This document shows, piece after piece, positions 52,089 through 61,759 of a stretch of 64,000 nucleotides of DNA (the stretch's first letter is position 1; each line of letters opens with the position of its first letter). This stretch comes from Flavobacteriales bacterium. Lineage in GTDB: Bacteria > Bacteroidota > Bacteroidia > Flavobacteriales_F > PHOS-HE28. Position numbers and translations under genes: made by a program. Under the pieces are notes generated by a model that ran no database searches, was not told the origin of the DNA, and saw only the letters and a program-made list of their open reading frames with translations. Location: contig JAHDVX010000011.1 of NCBI GenBank assembly GCA_023382455.1, positions 6,709 to 70,708 of the forward strand, given 5' to 3'.

Positions 52089-54188
52089 GTGCTGCACGGT
52101 AAATCGGCCATGCAGCAGGCGACCGGCGGAGGCGAAGCGCAGCACGTAGTTGCCGTTGGGGATGCCGCCGACATCCACCTGCACCCGTCCGCCGGACACG
52201 GCCAGCTTGGTGCTCCAGGCCGTGCGGCCCTGGGTGTCCAGCACCCAGATCCGGGCCTCCCCGTCGGGAAGTCCTTCCACGGAAAGCCGATCCATGGCCG
52301 GATCGGGGAAAAGCCGCACACGCAGCCCGTCCTGTTCCACAATGCCCACTTGCACGTTGACACCCACGCAGGATGTATCATTCTGGTTAAGGACGTCCGT
52401 GCCGGCGGCGGTCCACACACACAGGCTGCCCGTGCTGTTGTCCTGGGGCACGAGCTGTTGGGTGAACGTGATCACGCCGGAATTCCCCGGTGCAATGTTG
52501 GAACCTGTGTAGTTCTGCGTCACCACCGCCCCGTTGTTATAGCTGTAGCTCACCGGGAACCCGTTGGCCGGGGTGTTGCCGTAGTTGTGCACCAGGGCTT
52601 GAATGGTGGTGGGGCCGGATATGGACTGCCCATTGGAGATGCCGATCAGGCCGGCCACGCCCACATCGAGGAAGGGGGGCTGCTCGATCCGCAGGCCCAG
52701 ATGGAAATCCGTGGTGGTGCGGGCGCGGTACTCGGCCCAGGCGCCGCCCAGCACCTCATGGCATTGCATGGAGAATGGTCCCAGCACATCCACGGCGATG
52801 TTCACATTGGGCCCGAGCATGTACCACACCACGTAGTAGCCCCCGTCCGTCACTTGGATGTTGGATCCCGCAAGCGGGTACACATGGTCACCGGGGCCAC
52901 CGTTCACCGCGGTCACCAGCACACTGTCCAGCAGGGTGCCCGGCCCTCCCCCGGGTCCGTCATCATCATACACCTTCATGTTGAAATTGCTGCCGCTGTT
53001 ACTGGTGATGCGGATCGTGGTGCCCGTGATCTGGCACGGGTAGTACGGTGGAATGATATAGACGCCGATCCCGCCGTCACCACCGTTCCAGGCAAGGCCC
53101 AGGCCATCGTCGGAGGCGCCCGCCCAAGAGACCGGGATACCGGTGACCGCCGGTGCATACACGCCGATCTCCCGCTCCATCATGTTGTTGGTGGCGATCA
53201 GGTCACCGGCCACGCCCGAAATGGTGATCCGATGCCGGTAAGTGCCCGGCGCTGCGGGCGTGAAGGCCTGTGCCAACACGGGCTCCAGGTTCCCTCCGGC
53301 CTGCATGCTGTCCACGGTGACGGTCTCTGTGAGCACGGCCTGGCCGCCCGGAGAGAGCACCTCGCTGGTGATGGTGAACGAGGTCAAAGGCTGGTTCCCT
53401 GCATTAAGCAGGCCGACGGCCAAGGGCAGGGTGGCGCCCACGGTGAGGTTGGTGGCCCCGGTGCCCGGCACCCCTGCCCATTCCACGGCCGCGTCGGTCA
53501 CCTGCAGCAAGGGATTGGCCGGGTTGTAGAAACGGACGGCATATCCCGGGGCGGGCATCAGGCTTTGGGTGCGTGCCAGGCCGATGCTTCCGGTGATGCT
53601 TTCGATGCCGATCACCGGTCCATTGCTGGTGGTGGTGCCGGTGCAGCTTTGGAACTGGATGGTGATGGTGCTGTCCTGCTTGTTCAGGATCAACTGGAAG
53701 GTGTTGCTTCCGGTGTATCCCGGCGCGGCCACGTTCCAGAACGGCACGTTGATCCACGAAACGATCAAGCGGCCGGGTTCATCCTGCAGGAAGCACTGGG
53801 CCGGGTTCCCCGTACCGCCGAACGTGAGGTCGGCCATGAAGGCGGCGATGTAGTTCTCCGTTCCACCGGCAGCGGGAAGGTTGGGGAAGTTGGCGGCGAT
53901 GTTGCCCCCGTTGAAGGCGACGTAACCGTTGCTGCCCACCCATACTTTCTTCACGTCATACCAGTAATAGGGCATGTTGCCGGACATGATGAAAGGTCCG
54001 AACGTGTTATCGTCCGCCAGGCCGGTAACGGCCATGCCGGTGGCGGTGATGTCCACCCAGGAATACACCGGCCCATCCGGCTCGGCGCTGTCCTTCCAGA
54101 TGTAACCGTACTGGTCCGGCCCGCCCGTTGCGGCCTGTAATCCAAGGGAGCCGATGACCGATATTAGGAGCGTAAGGGCTTTTTTCAT
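52086..54188 (-). CDS. large secreted protein with T9SS C-terminal domain
   Basis: Signal peptide MKKALTLLISVIGSLGLQA and CTD (VRLFPDPAMDRLSVEG, IWVLDTQGRT, GNYVLRF). ATG 54188 was verified. Confidence 0.7.
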   Translation of the reverse strand: MKKALTLLISVIGSLGLQAATGGPDQYGYIWKDSAEPDGPVYSWVDITATGMAVTGLADDNTFGPFIMSGNMPYYWYDVKKVWVGSNGYVAFNGGNIAANFPNLPAAGGTENYIAAFMADLTFGGTGNPAQCFLQDEPGRLIVSWINVPFWNVAAPGYTGSNTFQLILNKQDSTITIQFQSCTGTTTSNGPVIGIESITGSIGLARTQSLMPAPGYAVRFYNPANPLLQVTDAAVEWAGVPGTGATNLTVGATLPLAVGLLNAGNQPLTSFTITSEVLSPGGQAVLTETVTVDSMQAGGNLEPVLAQAFTPAAPGTYRHRITISGVAGDLIATNNMMEREIGVYAPAVTGIPVSWAGASDDGLGLAWNGGDGGIGVYIIPPYYPCQITGTTIRITSNSGSNFNMKVYDDDGPGGGPGTLLDSVLVTAVNGGPGDHVYPLAGSNIQVTDGGYYVVWYMLGPNVNIAVDVLGPFSMQCHEVLGGAWAEYRARTTTDFHLGLRIEQPPFLDVGVAGLIGISNGQSISGPTTIQALVHNYGNTPANGFPVSYSYNNGAVVTQNYTGSNIAPGNSGVITFTQQLVPQDNSTGSLCVWTAAGTDVLNQNDTSCVGVNVQVGIVEQDGLRVRLFPDPAMDRLSVEGLPDGEARIWVLDTQGRTAWSTKLAVSGGRVQVDVGGIPNGNYVLRFASAGRLLHGRFTVQH

Positions 54189-54259
54189 GGCATTGGATGT
54201 TTGCCCCAATATAGCTTGGGAAACTCTCCAATGCTCTCCTTCACAGGCCGCCCCCGGGG

Positions 54260-54970
54260 TCACAGGCTCATCAGTTCCTTGAAACGCAGGGTCTGCCTGC
54301 GGCTTACCTCCACGCTTTCACCGCTGGACAACGTGCAATTGAGCCCTCCGCTGAACCAAGGTTCGATCTTCTCCACCCAGGCCAGGTTGATCATCTGCTT
54401 GCGGTTGGCGCGGAAGAACACGAGGGGGTCCAGCTTCTTCTCCAGGTTGTTCAACGAGCGGAGCACGAGCGGCTTGTTCTCCCCGAAACGTACGCGGACG
54501 TAGTTGCCCTCGCTCTCCAGCAGGCGCACATCCTTCAGGGTGACGAACCAGCATTTTTCCCCATCCTTGATGAAGATGCGGTCCTGCGGCCCAAGGATGT
54601 CGCGTGCGCCATCGCCCGCCTTGGGCATCAGGGCCACCTTGCTGATCGCGGCCGCCAAGCGCTCGGGGTCCACCGGTTTCAAGAGGTAGTCCAAGGCATT
54701 CACCTCGAATGCTTTCACGGCGTGCTCGTCGTAGGCGGTGACGAAGATCACGTGAGGCGCCAGCTCCAACGCTTCGAGCAGCTCGAAGCCGTCGCGGCCG
54801 GGCATGTTGATGTCCAGAAAAAGCAGGTCGGGTCTAAGCTCGGCCACCATCTTTTCGGCTTCCTCCGCATGGCCGGCCTCCCCCACCACCTGTACCTGGG
54901 GGAAATCCTGGAGCAAGCGGATGAGCTCGTTGCGGGCCAATCGTTCGTCGTCGATGATCAGGGCTTTCAT
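54260..54970 (-). CDS. LytTR-family response regulator
   Basis: REC domain (MKALIIDDE, LLFLDINMPG) plus LytTR DNA-binding domain (SEGNYVRV, LNNLEKKL, FFRANR). Confidence 0.9.
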   Translation of the reverse strand: MKALIIDDERLARNELIRLLQDFPQVQVVGEAGHAEEAEKMVAELRPDLLFLDINMPGRDGFELLEALELAPHVIFVTAYDEHAVKAFEVNALDYLLKPVDPERLAAAISKVALMPKAGDGARDILGPQDRIFIKDGEKCWFVTLKDVRLLESEGNYVRVRFGENKPLVLRSLNNLEKKLDPLVFFRANRKQMINLAWVEKIEPWFSGGLNCTLSSGESVEVSRRQTLRFKELMSL

Positions 54971-56061
54971 GTTCCGGAATGGTGTTGTTCAGGGATCTCA
55001 TGCATGGCCTGCTCGGCCAGGTTCGGCAGGAACACCTCGCATACCACGGTTCCCTCCTGGTTGCGGATGTCCAAGTAGGCCTTGGAGCCATAAAGGTGGC
55101 CAAGGCGCTGGCGGGTGTTGCGAAGGCCGATGCCGGGTTCGCGGCCCGGCACCTCGGCCAGGGTTCCCGTGTTGCTCACGCGGATCAGCATGCCATGGTC
55201 CGCAGGGTGCACGGAAATGGCAACCTCCCCGCCCTGGGGCAAGCGTGCAATGCCGTGGCGCACGGCGTTCTCCACCAGGGTCTGGAGCATCATGGGCGGC
55301 ACGGGCCAGCGGTCCAATGAAGGGTCCACATCGAAGCGCACGCGCAGGCGTTCCTCGTAACGCATGGCCTCCAGCTGGAGGTAGGAACGCACCGTATCGA
55401 TCTCCTCGCCCAAAGGCACGGTGGTGCGCTTGACGCTGGCCATGGCATTGCGCAGGATGGCGCTCAACAGCGTGATGGAACGCTTGGCGCGCTCGGGATC
55501 CTCCTCGATCAACGCGCGGATGCTGTTGAGCGCATTGAACATGAAATGGGGATTGAGCTGGCTGCGCAGCACCGAAAGCTGACCCTCGCGATTGGCAGCT
55601 GCCAGGCGCAAGGAGCGCACCTCCTCCACCCGGCTGCGGATCACGTAGTGGTAGGCCACGTACACCACCGACCACGCAAAAAGCTGGAGCATCCAGCTCA
55701 GCAGGACTTCCAGCAATCTTCGGCTGTTGCCGCCCACCAAGGGAGCGGCATCGCGGAACACGGCATCGTGCAAGGCCGCTTGCAACAGGCCGGCCAAGGC
55801 GCCGAGCACCATGGAGCCCAGTATCATGCGCAACACCAAGGGAAGCAAGGGCATCTCCAGCCATTTCCACTCCAGGAAACAGGTGCGGAACACATGGCTG
55901 CTGACCATGCCGATGACGGCCATGGCCAAGGTGACCTGCACCAGGCGGGTCACCGGGCCGGACTCCAACCAGGCGGGCAGGCTCAGCAGGAACATGTACC
56001 CGGTCCAGGCCACCACCTGGGTGGCCCAATAGATCACCATGATCCCGCGGGTCGGAGCCAT
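54967..56061 (-). CDS. sensor histidine kinase (LytS/YehU-type, His_kinase + HATPase_c)
   Basis: Multi-TM N-terminus, LNPHFMFNALNSIRALI, and HATPase motifs (VENAVRHG, NTG, GIGLRNTRQRL). It overlaps the response-regulator start by 4 nt. Confidence 0.85.
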   Translation of the reverse strand: MAPTRGIMVIYWATQVVAWTGYMFLLSLPAWLESGPVTRLVQVTLAMAVIGMVSSHVFRTCFLEWKWLEMPLLPLVLRMILGSMVLGALAGLLQAALHDAVFRDAAPLVGGNSRRLLEVLLSWMLQLFAWSVVYVAYHYVIRSRVEEVRSLRLAAANREGQLSVLRSQLNPHFMFNALNSIRALIEEDPERAKRSITLLSAILRNAMASVKRTTVPLGEEIDTVRSYLQLEAMRYEERLRVRFDVDPSLDRWPVPPMMLQTLVENAVRHGIARLPQGGEVAISVHPADHGMLIRVSNTGTLAEVPGREPGIGLRNTRQRLGHLYGSKAYLDIRNQEGTVVCEVFLPNLAEQAMHEIPEQHHSGT

Positions 56062-56065
56062 GGCG

Positions 56066-56073
56066 CCAAGATA
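56066..56073 (-). promoter_or_regulatory. promoter-like box TATCTTGG, 4 nt before the histidine-kinase ATG
   Basis: Minus-strand TATCTTGG-CGCC-ATG. Confidence 0.35.
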
Positions 56074-56171
56074 TCCGAAGGGTAGGCAAGCCGGATCGGC
56101 TGATCCATGGGCGGATGTGACGCACCTCGGCCGGTCGCCAGGCGGCCTGGCGGTATCTTTCCGCCACCGCG

Positions 56172-56747
56172 ATGAACTTCTTGGGCCATCTTCTCGTATC
56201 GGGTAAGGAACCCTTGGTGATCGTCGGCAATTTCATGGCCGATGCGGTCAAGGGCCGGGACCTGTCGGCTTGGTCCCCCGGACTTCAGGAAGGCATCCGC
56301 ATGCACCGCCGCATCGACAGCTACACGGACAGCCATCCGCTCACCCTCCGGGGCAGGGAGCGCCTGAGGGACCATTGCGGCAAATACGCCGGTGTGGCAT
56401 TGGACCTGTTCTACGACCACGCCTTGGCGGCCAACTGGAACGAGCTCCGCAAGGAGCCCTTGGCCGACTTCGCCCGGCGCATGTACACCCTGCTCCAAGC
56501 CCATGCCCATCTGATGCCGGACCGCACGCAGGTGATGCTCGGGTACATGGTGCGCAACGATTGGCTCACGTCTTACGCCCGCATGGGCGGCATCGGCCGT
56601 GCCCTGGCGGGATTGGCCTCCCGTGTACCGGGAGGCGAGGTCTTGCGCGGGGCTGAAGAAGTACTTCTGGACCACCGGGACCTTTTTGTGGAAGAGTGCC
56701 TCCGCTTCATCGGCGACCTTGAAAAGCACCTGGCCCATGAGGAATAG
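56172..56747 (+). CDS. acpH: acyl carrier protein phosphodiesterase
   Basis: MNFLGHL start, GNFMADAVKG, HRRIDSYTDSH. These are typical AcpH motifs. Confidence 0.8.
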   Translation: MNFLGHLLVSGKEPLVIVGNFMADAVKGRDLSAWSPGLQEGIRMHRRIDSYTDSHPLTLRGRERLRDHCGKYAGVALDLFYDHALAANWNELRKEPLADFARRMYTLLQAHAHLMPDRTQVMLGYMVRNDWLTSYARMGGIGRALAGLASRVPGGEVLRGAEEVLLDHRDLFVEECLRFIGDLEKHLAHEE

Positions 56748-58131
56748 CGCGGAGTGGATCGGGAGCCTGTTATTCGCTGCCCTGCTCCTGCTGGTGGCGG
56801 CCGAGGAGCGGTCCGTGCAGGTGGACCGTGGGGAGCCTTGGGGCCGTCCGCATGTGGACCGCGACCTGGACCGGATCAAGGCCGATACACTGCGCGTGCT
56901 GGTGCTTCCCGACCCGCTCACCTGGGAGAAACGCCCGAAGGCCACCACCGGGCTGGAATGGGAACTATTGGAGCGCTTCGCCCGCCAGCACCAGTTGCCC
57001 ATCAAGGCCATCGCAGTGGCGAACCGGGACAGCATGCTCGCCATGCTGCAGGACGGCAAGGGCGACGTATTGGCCGCCCAACTATCGGACCACGGCTGGG
57101 CCGCCCACTACACCAGCCACACCCGCCCCTACCGCATGGTGGCCCGTGCCTTGGCACACCCACGCCGGGAAAAGCGCGAGGGAAAGCCGGCGGAGGATAG
57201 CCTCATCGTGAGTGCCTGGTCGCCCTTTCTGGACCATCACGGCAAGTTGCGCCAGCCAGGGAAAGATGTTCGCTACACCGTGGTGGAGCAAACACCGGAG
57301 CAGCTCCTGGTGGCCACCGCCACGGGCCAAGTGCCCAACCTGCTGGTGTCCGATGCAACAGCCCGGATGGAGGCCAAGCGCCTGCCCGTGGTGCAGTTCA
57401 GCACGCGCGAAGGCAAGTCCGTGCCGCTGGTCTTCGCCGTGCGCACCAACGCCGCCCAGCTGCTGCATGCCTTGGACACCTGGCTGGCCAGCGCGGATGA
57501 ACAGGAGGCGCGGCTGGCAGTCATCTCGGCCTATGACAACGGCCTGGAGACGCGGGGCCCGGCCCAGCCCGGCAAGGTGATGGCTTTCGGAACGGACAGC
57601 ATCTCCCGGTTTGACAGCCTGTTCCAAATGCACGCCGACAGCATGGCGTGGGACTGGAAGCTGCTGGCGGCCGTGGCCTTCAAGGAGTCGCGCTTCGATA
57701 CGGCGGCGGTATCCCACATGGGTGCCGGCGGACTGATGCAGCTGATGCCGAAGACCGCAGCCGGCCTGGGGGTTGGCGACAGCAGCGGCGTGAACGAGCA
57801 CATCCTGGCCGCTGCACGCTACCTGGACCGGCTGGACCGGATCTGGCGCAAGAGCATTCCCTCCCCTGCACAACGGCTGAAATTCGTACTGGCCTCCTAC
57901 AACGCCGGGCCCGGCCATGTGAAGGATGCCCAACGGCTGGCCAAGGACCTCGGCTTGGACCCGAACCGCTGGGATGGCCAGGTGGAGCGTGCTATCGTGA
58001 TGCTGAACCGGCCGCGCTATTTCAACAGCCCGGACGCGCGGAACGGCTATTGCCGCTGCCAGGACACGTATTGGTACGTTCGGGATGTCACCGGGCTATA
58101 TGCCTGGGTGAGCGGGAAAAAAGGGCATTGA
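56737..58131 (+). CDS. mltF: membrane-bound lytic murein transglycosylase F-like (SBP_bac_3 + SLT domains)
   Basis: N-terminal solute-binding-like half, and a C-terminal SLT (AVAFKESRFD, GLMQLMP, ASYNAGPGHV). ATG 56737 overlaps the acpH end. Confidence 0.75.
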   Translation: MRNSAEWIGSLLFAALLLLVAAEERSVQVDRGEPWGRPHVDRDLDRIKADTLRVLVLPDPLTWEKRPKATTGLEWELLERFARQHQLPIKAIAVANRDSMLAMLQDGKGDVLAAQLSDHGWAAHYTSHTRPYRMVARALAHPRREKREGKPAEDSLIVSAWSPFLDHHGKLRQPGKDVRYTVVEQTPEQLLVATATGQVPNLLVSDATARMEAKRLPVVQFSTREGKSVPLVFAVRTNAAQLLHALDTWLASADEQEARLAVISAYDNGLETRGPAQPGKVMAFGTDSISRFDSLFQMHADSMAWDWKLLAAVAFKESRFDTAAVSHMGAGGLMQLMPKTAAGLGVGDSSGVNEHILAAARYLDRLDRIWRKSIPSPAQRLKFVLASYNAGPGHVKDAQRLAKDLGLDPNRWDGQVERAIVMLNRPRYFNSPDARNGYCRCQDTYWYVRDVTGLYAWVSGKKGH

Positions 58132-58230
58132 CCCCGCGCCCGATCCTTCCCTTTCCTTCCTCAAGCGCATGAGCGACCTGTCGCACATGCTCACGCGCAA
58201 CGCTCGCTCGATCCAGAGGCATCCTGTGTT

Positions 58231-58272
58231 GGAAAACGCGAAGCCCCGCCGGCGGATGCGGCGGGGCTTCGC
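58231..58272 (-). terminator. rho-independent terminator of the lipoprotein/CsgG-like operon (possibly bidirectional with mltF)
   Basis: Perfect 14-bp stem GCGAAGCCCCGCCG / CGGCGGGGCUUCGC (58238-58272), followed on the minus strand by GUUUUCC. Confidence 0.75.
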
Positions 58273-58289
58273 TTCAGATAATGGGCCGA

Positions 58290-58883
58290 TCACTTGCCCA
58301 ACTTCTCCATTTCCTTGTCGAAGGTCTCCTTGAACTTCTCGTAGTCGTAGTCGATCTTCAACTTGTCGTCCTTGCTGAGGCGCTCGTTGTAGGCGGCGAG
58401 CAGGTCCTGGGCGCTGAGCTCGATGGCCACGTAGCACTTGTAGTTGCCGCTGGCTTCCACCTTCATCATCTTTTCGCAGATGGTGCGGGTGCCGGTGAGT
58501 TTCTGGTCCACCACTTCGCGGGCCAGGCTCTCGTAGCGCTCGGCCACCTCCTCCTTGTTGTTCATCTCCCGGCTGTTCACGTAGTTGTCGATCACGGCCT
58601 TCACCTGCGTGTTGATGGCGCTGGCCATGTCGGCGCGGGCATTGGAGAGGGCTTTCTTCTTGGCCGTGGCCTGGTCCATGCTTTCACCCAGGTTGTTCGC
58701 GCGGAAGTTCTTTTCATCGGTGAAGAACTCCGGGCCGGAGCACAGCACCTTCACCTCGGTCTCGCCGCTGGGCGGCTTGGCAGCTTCGGCGGCTTTCTTC
58801 TTGCTTTTGCAGGCGCTCAGCCCGCCCACGAGCATCAGGGCCATGAAGGCGTAGGATGCGGCTTTGGAAGTAAAGGTTCTCAT
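58290..58883 (-). CDS. LPP20-like lipoprotein
   Basis: Lipobox LVGGLSAC, then a helical domain resembling LPP20 (AKKKALSNARADMASAINTQV). Last gene of the operon, followed by a terminator. Confidence 0.5.
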   Translation of the reverse strand: MRTFTSKAASYAFMALMLVGGLSACKSKKKAAEAAKPPSGETEVKVLCSGPEFFTDEKNFRANNLGESMDQATAKKKALSNARADMASAINTQVKAVIDNYVNSREMNNKEEVAERYESLAREVVDQKLTGTRTICEKMMKVEASGNYKCYVAIELSAQDLLAAYNERLSKDDKLKIDYDYEKFKETFDKEMEKLGK

Positions 58884-58953
58884 GGTCATCGTTCTTGGTG
58901 GTTGTTGTGGGGAGTCTTTCCAATGGCGTGCCAAAGTGCGCAAAGCTGCGCCA

Positions 58954-60348
58954 TTATTGGAACAGATTGTTCATCATGGGCTCGAAAATTCCGGTGCGCA
59001 GCTCAGCGGCGGCCTTTTTGTAGGCGTCCATGCCGGCCTTCGGGTAATCGAGCTGGATCCCCTTGAGGCCTTGCTTTCCACCTTCGTAAACCGTTTCGCC
59101 GGTGCGGCGGTCGGTCACTTTCAATGTCTGGTCCAAGGCCACGGTGAAGAAGCCGTTGGTCTCCCCCACCTGGCGGGTATCGGCATTGAGCTCCACCAGC
59201 AGGTCGGCCTCCGCGGCGGAGGCCACGGCCCGGAACCCATGTGAGGTCATGGCTTCCTTGAGGGCCAGGGCCAAGGGCGCATCGGCGAGCACCGTGCCCA
59301 GATTGCGTTCGGTGCCCTTGAACTGGACCTTGGGCATGGAGCGGTCGATGGGCACATGCACCTCCGGTGTGGCGAGGCTGCCCATCAAGGGTCGGGTGAC
59401 GGTGTGGTCCAGGTCCTGGCTCACCAAGGCCTGGAGATCCAGCTTCACGAGCACGGCCGGCGAGGCCGCGGTGATGTCCGTGCGTTGGATGGTGGTCCTG
59501 GCGCGGCCTTCCGCATCGGTGTTGCGGCTTTCCGATACAGGCCCGCCCTGCCCGGGGAAGGAGATGATGATGGGCAGCTGCGGCAATGCCCTTCCGCCTT
59601 CGGCGAAGGTGGCCGTGATGAGCAGTTCGCGCTTGAACCGGTTTGCCCAATCGAGCTTGCAGCGATCGGGCAGGACGGTGAAGTGCACGCCCCCGGCCAT
59701 GCGCTGGAGGTCGTTGAAGAGCTCATTGGCCAAGGGCACGGAACGGCCATCCACGGTCACTTGATCATTCTCGCCCCAGTAGTCCTTTAAGGCGATCAGC
59801 GCTCGGAGGTCCAGGTCGAATGCGGTCTTGATGTCCCCGGTCTTCAGGCCGGCCAAGGCGCGGGTGTAGAGGTCCGTAGCCTGGTCCAGCGCCTGCTGTT
59901 TGCGGGCGGCCTTGATGCGTGCATGCTCCGCCTTGTCCAGGCGGTAATAGATCCAGTAATCCTTCGGTCCGTCATAGCTGCCCACCAGCTCATAGCCTTC
60001 GAGCCGCTCGTTGGTGCGGGTCTTGATGGTGCTGGTGTACTCCTCGTCGAACTTGTACTTGCGGTCCAGGGTGTAAAGCAGGCTGTTGCCCTCCACGGTG
60101 ACGCTGATTTCGCTGGAGAGGTCGTTGAGGGCGTTTTTCTTGGCGGCTTCCTGGTAGTCCGGACGTGATTTTGGGGCCACGCCGATGCCGATATAGTCCA
60201 TGCTGCTCACCGGCCGGGAGGTGACCCATTCCGGCGGGGGCGGTGCGGCAGCTGGCGGAGCATCCACCACTGCCGACTGCCGGCCCTTGCAGGCGGCCAA
60301 CAGCAGCATCAGGCCCAGGAAGGCGACTTGGAAGGTGTTGCGGTTCAT
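58954..60348 (-). CDS. lipoprotein with N-terminal LPP20-like domain
   Basis: Lipobox LLLAAC and YIGIGVA...AKKNALNDLSSEISV (LPP20-like), then a large uncharacterised C-terminal region. Confidence 0.55.
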   Translation of the reverse strand: MNRNTFQVAFLGLMLLLAACKGRQSAVVDAPPAAAPPPPEWVTSRPVSSMDYIGIGVAPKSRPDYQEAAKKNALNDLSSEISVTVEGNSLLYTLDRKYKFDEEYTSTIKTRTNERLEGYELVGSYDGPKDYWIYYRLDKAEHARIKAARKQQALDQATDLYTRALAGLKTGDIKTAFDLDLRALIALKDYWGENDQVTVDGRSVPLANELFNDLQRMAGGVHFTVLPDRCKLDWANRFKRELLITATFAEGGRALPQLPIIISFPGQGGPVSESRNTDAEGRARTTIQRTDITAASPAVLVKLDLQALVSQDLDHTVTRPLMGSLATPEVHVPIDRSMPKVQFKGTERNLGTVLADAPLALALKEAMTSHGFRAVASAAEADLLVELNADTRQVGETNGFFTVALDQTLKVTDRRTGETVYEGGKQGLKGIQLDYPKAGMDAYKKAAAELRTGIFEPMMNNLFQ

Positions 60349-61727
60349 GGCAGCTTGCCGGCCAGTTCCTGTTGGATGCTTCCGGCCAAGGTGGAGGTGG
60401 CGGAACGCAGCAACTCCGTGCCGAGCTCAGCCGTGGATTTCACTTGGCGGGGCGCGGCCAACAGGCTTCCCAGCTCCCGCCGTGCGGAACTGCGCGTATC
60501 CACCATCCCGTTCTCCTTGGGGTAAAGCGACTGGGCATTCCCGTCGTAGGTCGCATACCAGGCATGGTCGTCCAGTGAACGGTCCACGACCTTGCTGGTC
60601 AGCACTTGGCCGGTCTCCAAGGAGACGAGCTTGTAGCTGAACGAAAGCACGGCCTTGTTCTCCTGGTAGAACTCGGTGTACTTCACCGGTTTGAAGCGGG
60701 TGACGTAGGCATATTGCCCGGTTTCGGCATTGAGCTCTTTTACTTGGTAACCCTCGTAGCCATCCTTGGTGCTCTTGCGCAGCTGGCCTGGCAACTCCTG
60801 GTAGGACAGCATGGTGCCCATGATCACGGCCTTTGCGCCCATCAGTTTCCCGGCGCTCACCGCGGTGGATTCATCCACTACGCCCGACATGCCGAGGCGC
60901 TGCTCATCGAGGATGCGCTGGATATCGTCACGGTCCACCACGCGGATGAAGGGATCATTGAGCTGGGTCAACGCTGCGGTGAGGTAGGCCTGCAGCGATG
61001 CGCCTTGTTGCGGGGCCTTCCTCACGGTGGTGCTGAAGGGGAGCACGGCGATGGGGTACTGCCCCTTGGCCACGCATTCCTGCCGCAGGGCGAAGGCATC
61101 CTTGAAATTGCTCTTCCGGTCGACCACTTTGCTGAAGTCGCCGTAGGCCTTGCGGTATTGCCCGGCATCCAAGGCGGCCTTTCCGGCCTGGTAGAGCGGC
61201 TCCAGGTAGGCGATGTCCTGCAGGTCGCCTGCATCCTTGTAGCCCGGCTCCAGCTTGGCGATCTTGCCGAACACCGTTTCGGCGGCGGAATAGTCCTTCT
61301 TCCCGAGCAATTCGTGCCCCTTGGTGTACAGCTCCACCAAGTACTCCCCTTTCACCTGCTTGAAATCCGTGGCATAGCTCTCGGGGATCTCCAAGGTGAC
61401 GCCGGCGCGCTGCACCCGTTCCTGGTAGTTCTTGGCGTCCAGGAAGGCATTCACGGCCGCCTCTCTGTCCTCCCCCATGCTGAAGGCCTTGAAGAAGGTG
61501 CTCAACTTGTCGTTGAGCAGCAACTGCCCGGTCTTCTTCAGGCCGATCTTGGCATCGATGTTCTTCGCATTGCGCATGGCGCTCTGCAGGTACATGTCCG
61601 CCGCTTCGGCATACATGCCCGTCTGGTCCAACTTCCCGGCCTTCTTGGAAAGGGGCTTGGAGCCTGTGCATGCCACCGCAAGCAGCAGTGCGAGGCACGC
61701 GGACGCCGTATGGTGGAAATTCAGCAT
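60345..61727 (-). CDS. CsgG-family lipoprotein with N-terminal TPR-like region
   Basis: Lipobox LLLAVAC. The C-terminal half has the CsgG pattern (IAVLPF, RVVDRDDIQRILDEQRLGMSG, AGKLMGAKAVIMG). There is a 4-nt overlap with the downstream gene. Confidence 0.65.
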   Translation of the reverse strand: MLNFHHTASACLALLLAVACTGSKPLSKKAGKLDQTGMYAEAADMYLQSAMRNAKNIDAKIGLKKTGQLLLNDKLSTFFKAFSMGEDREAAVNAFLDAKNYQERVQRAGVTLEIPESYATDFKQVKGEYLVELYTKGHELLGKKDYSAAETVFGKIAKLEPGYKDAGDLQDIAYLEPLYQAGKAALDAGQYRKAYGDFSKVVDRKSNFKDAFALRQECVAKGQYPIAVLPFSTTVRKAPQQGASLQAYLTAALTQLNDPFIRVVDRDDIQRILDEQRLGMSGVVDESTAVSAGKLMGAKAVIMGTMLSYQELPGQLRKSTKDGYEGYQVKELNAETGQYAYVTRFKPVKYTEFYQENKAVLSFSYKLVSLETGQVLTSKVVDRSLDDHAWYATYDGNAQSLYPKENGMVDTRSSARRELGSLLAAPRQVKSTAELGTELLRSATSTLAGSIQQELAGKLP

Positions 61728-61759
61728 GGTCCTGTGGGAGGCCGCTCGGAACGCGGGGT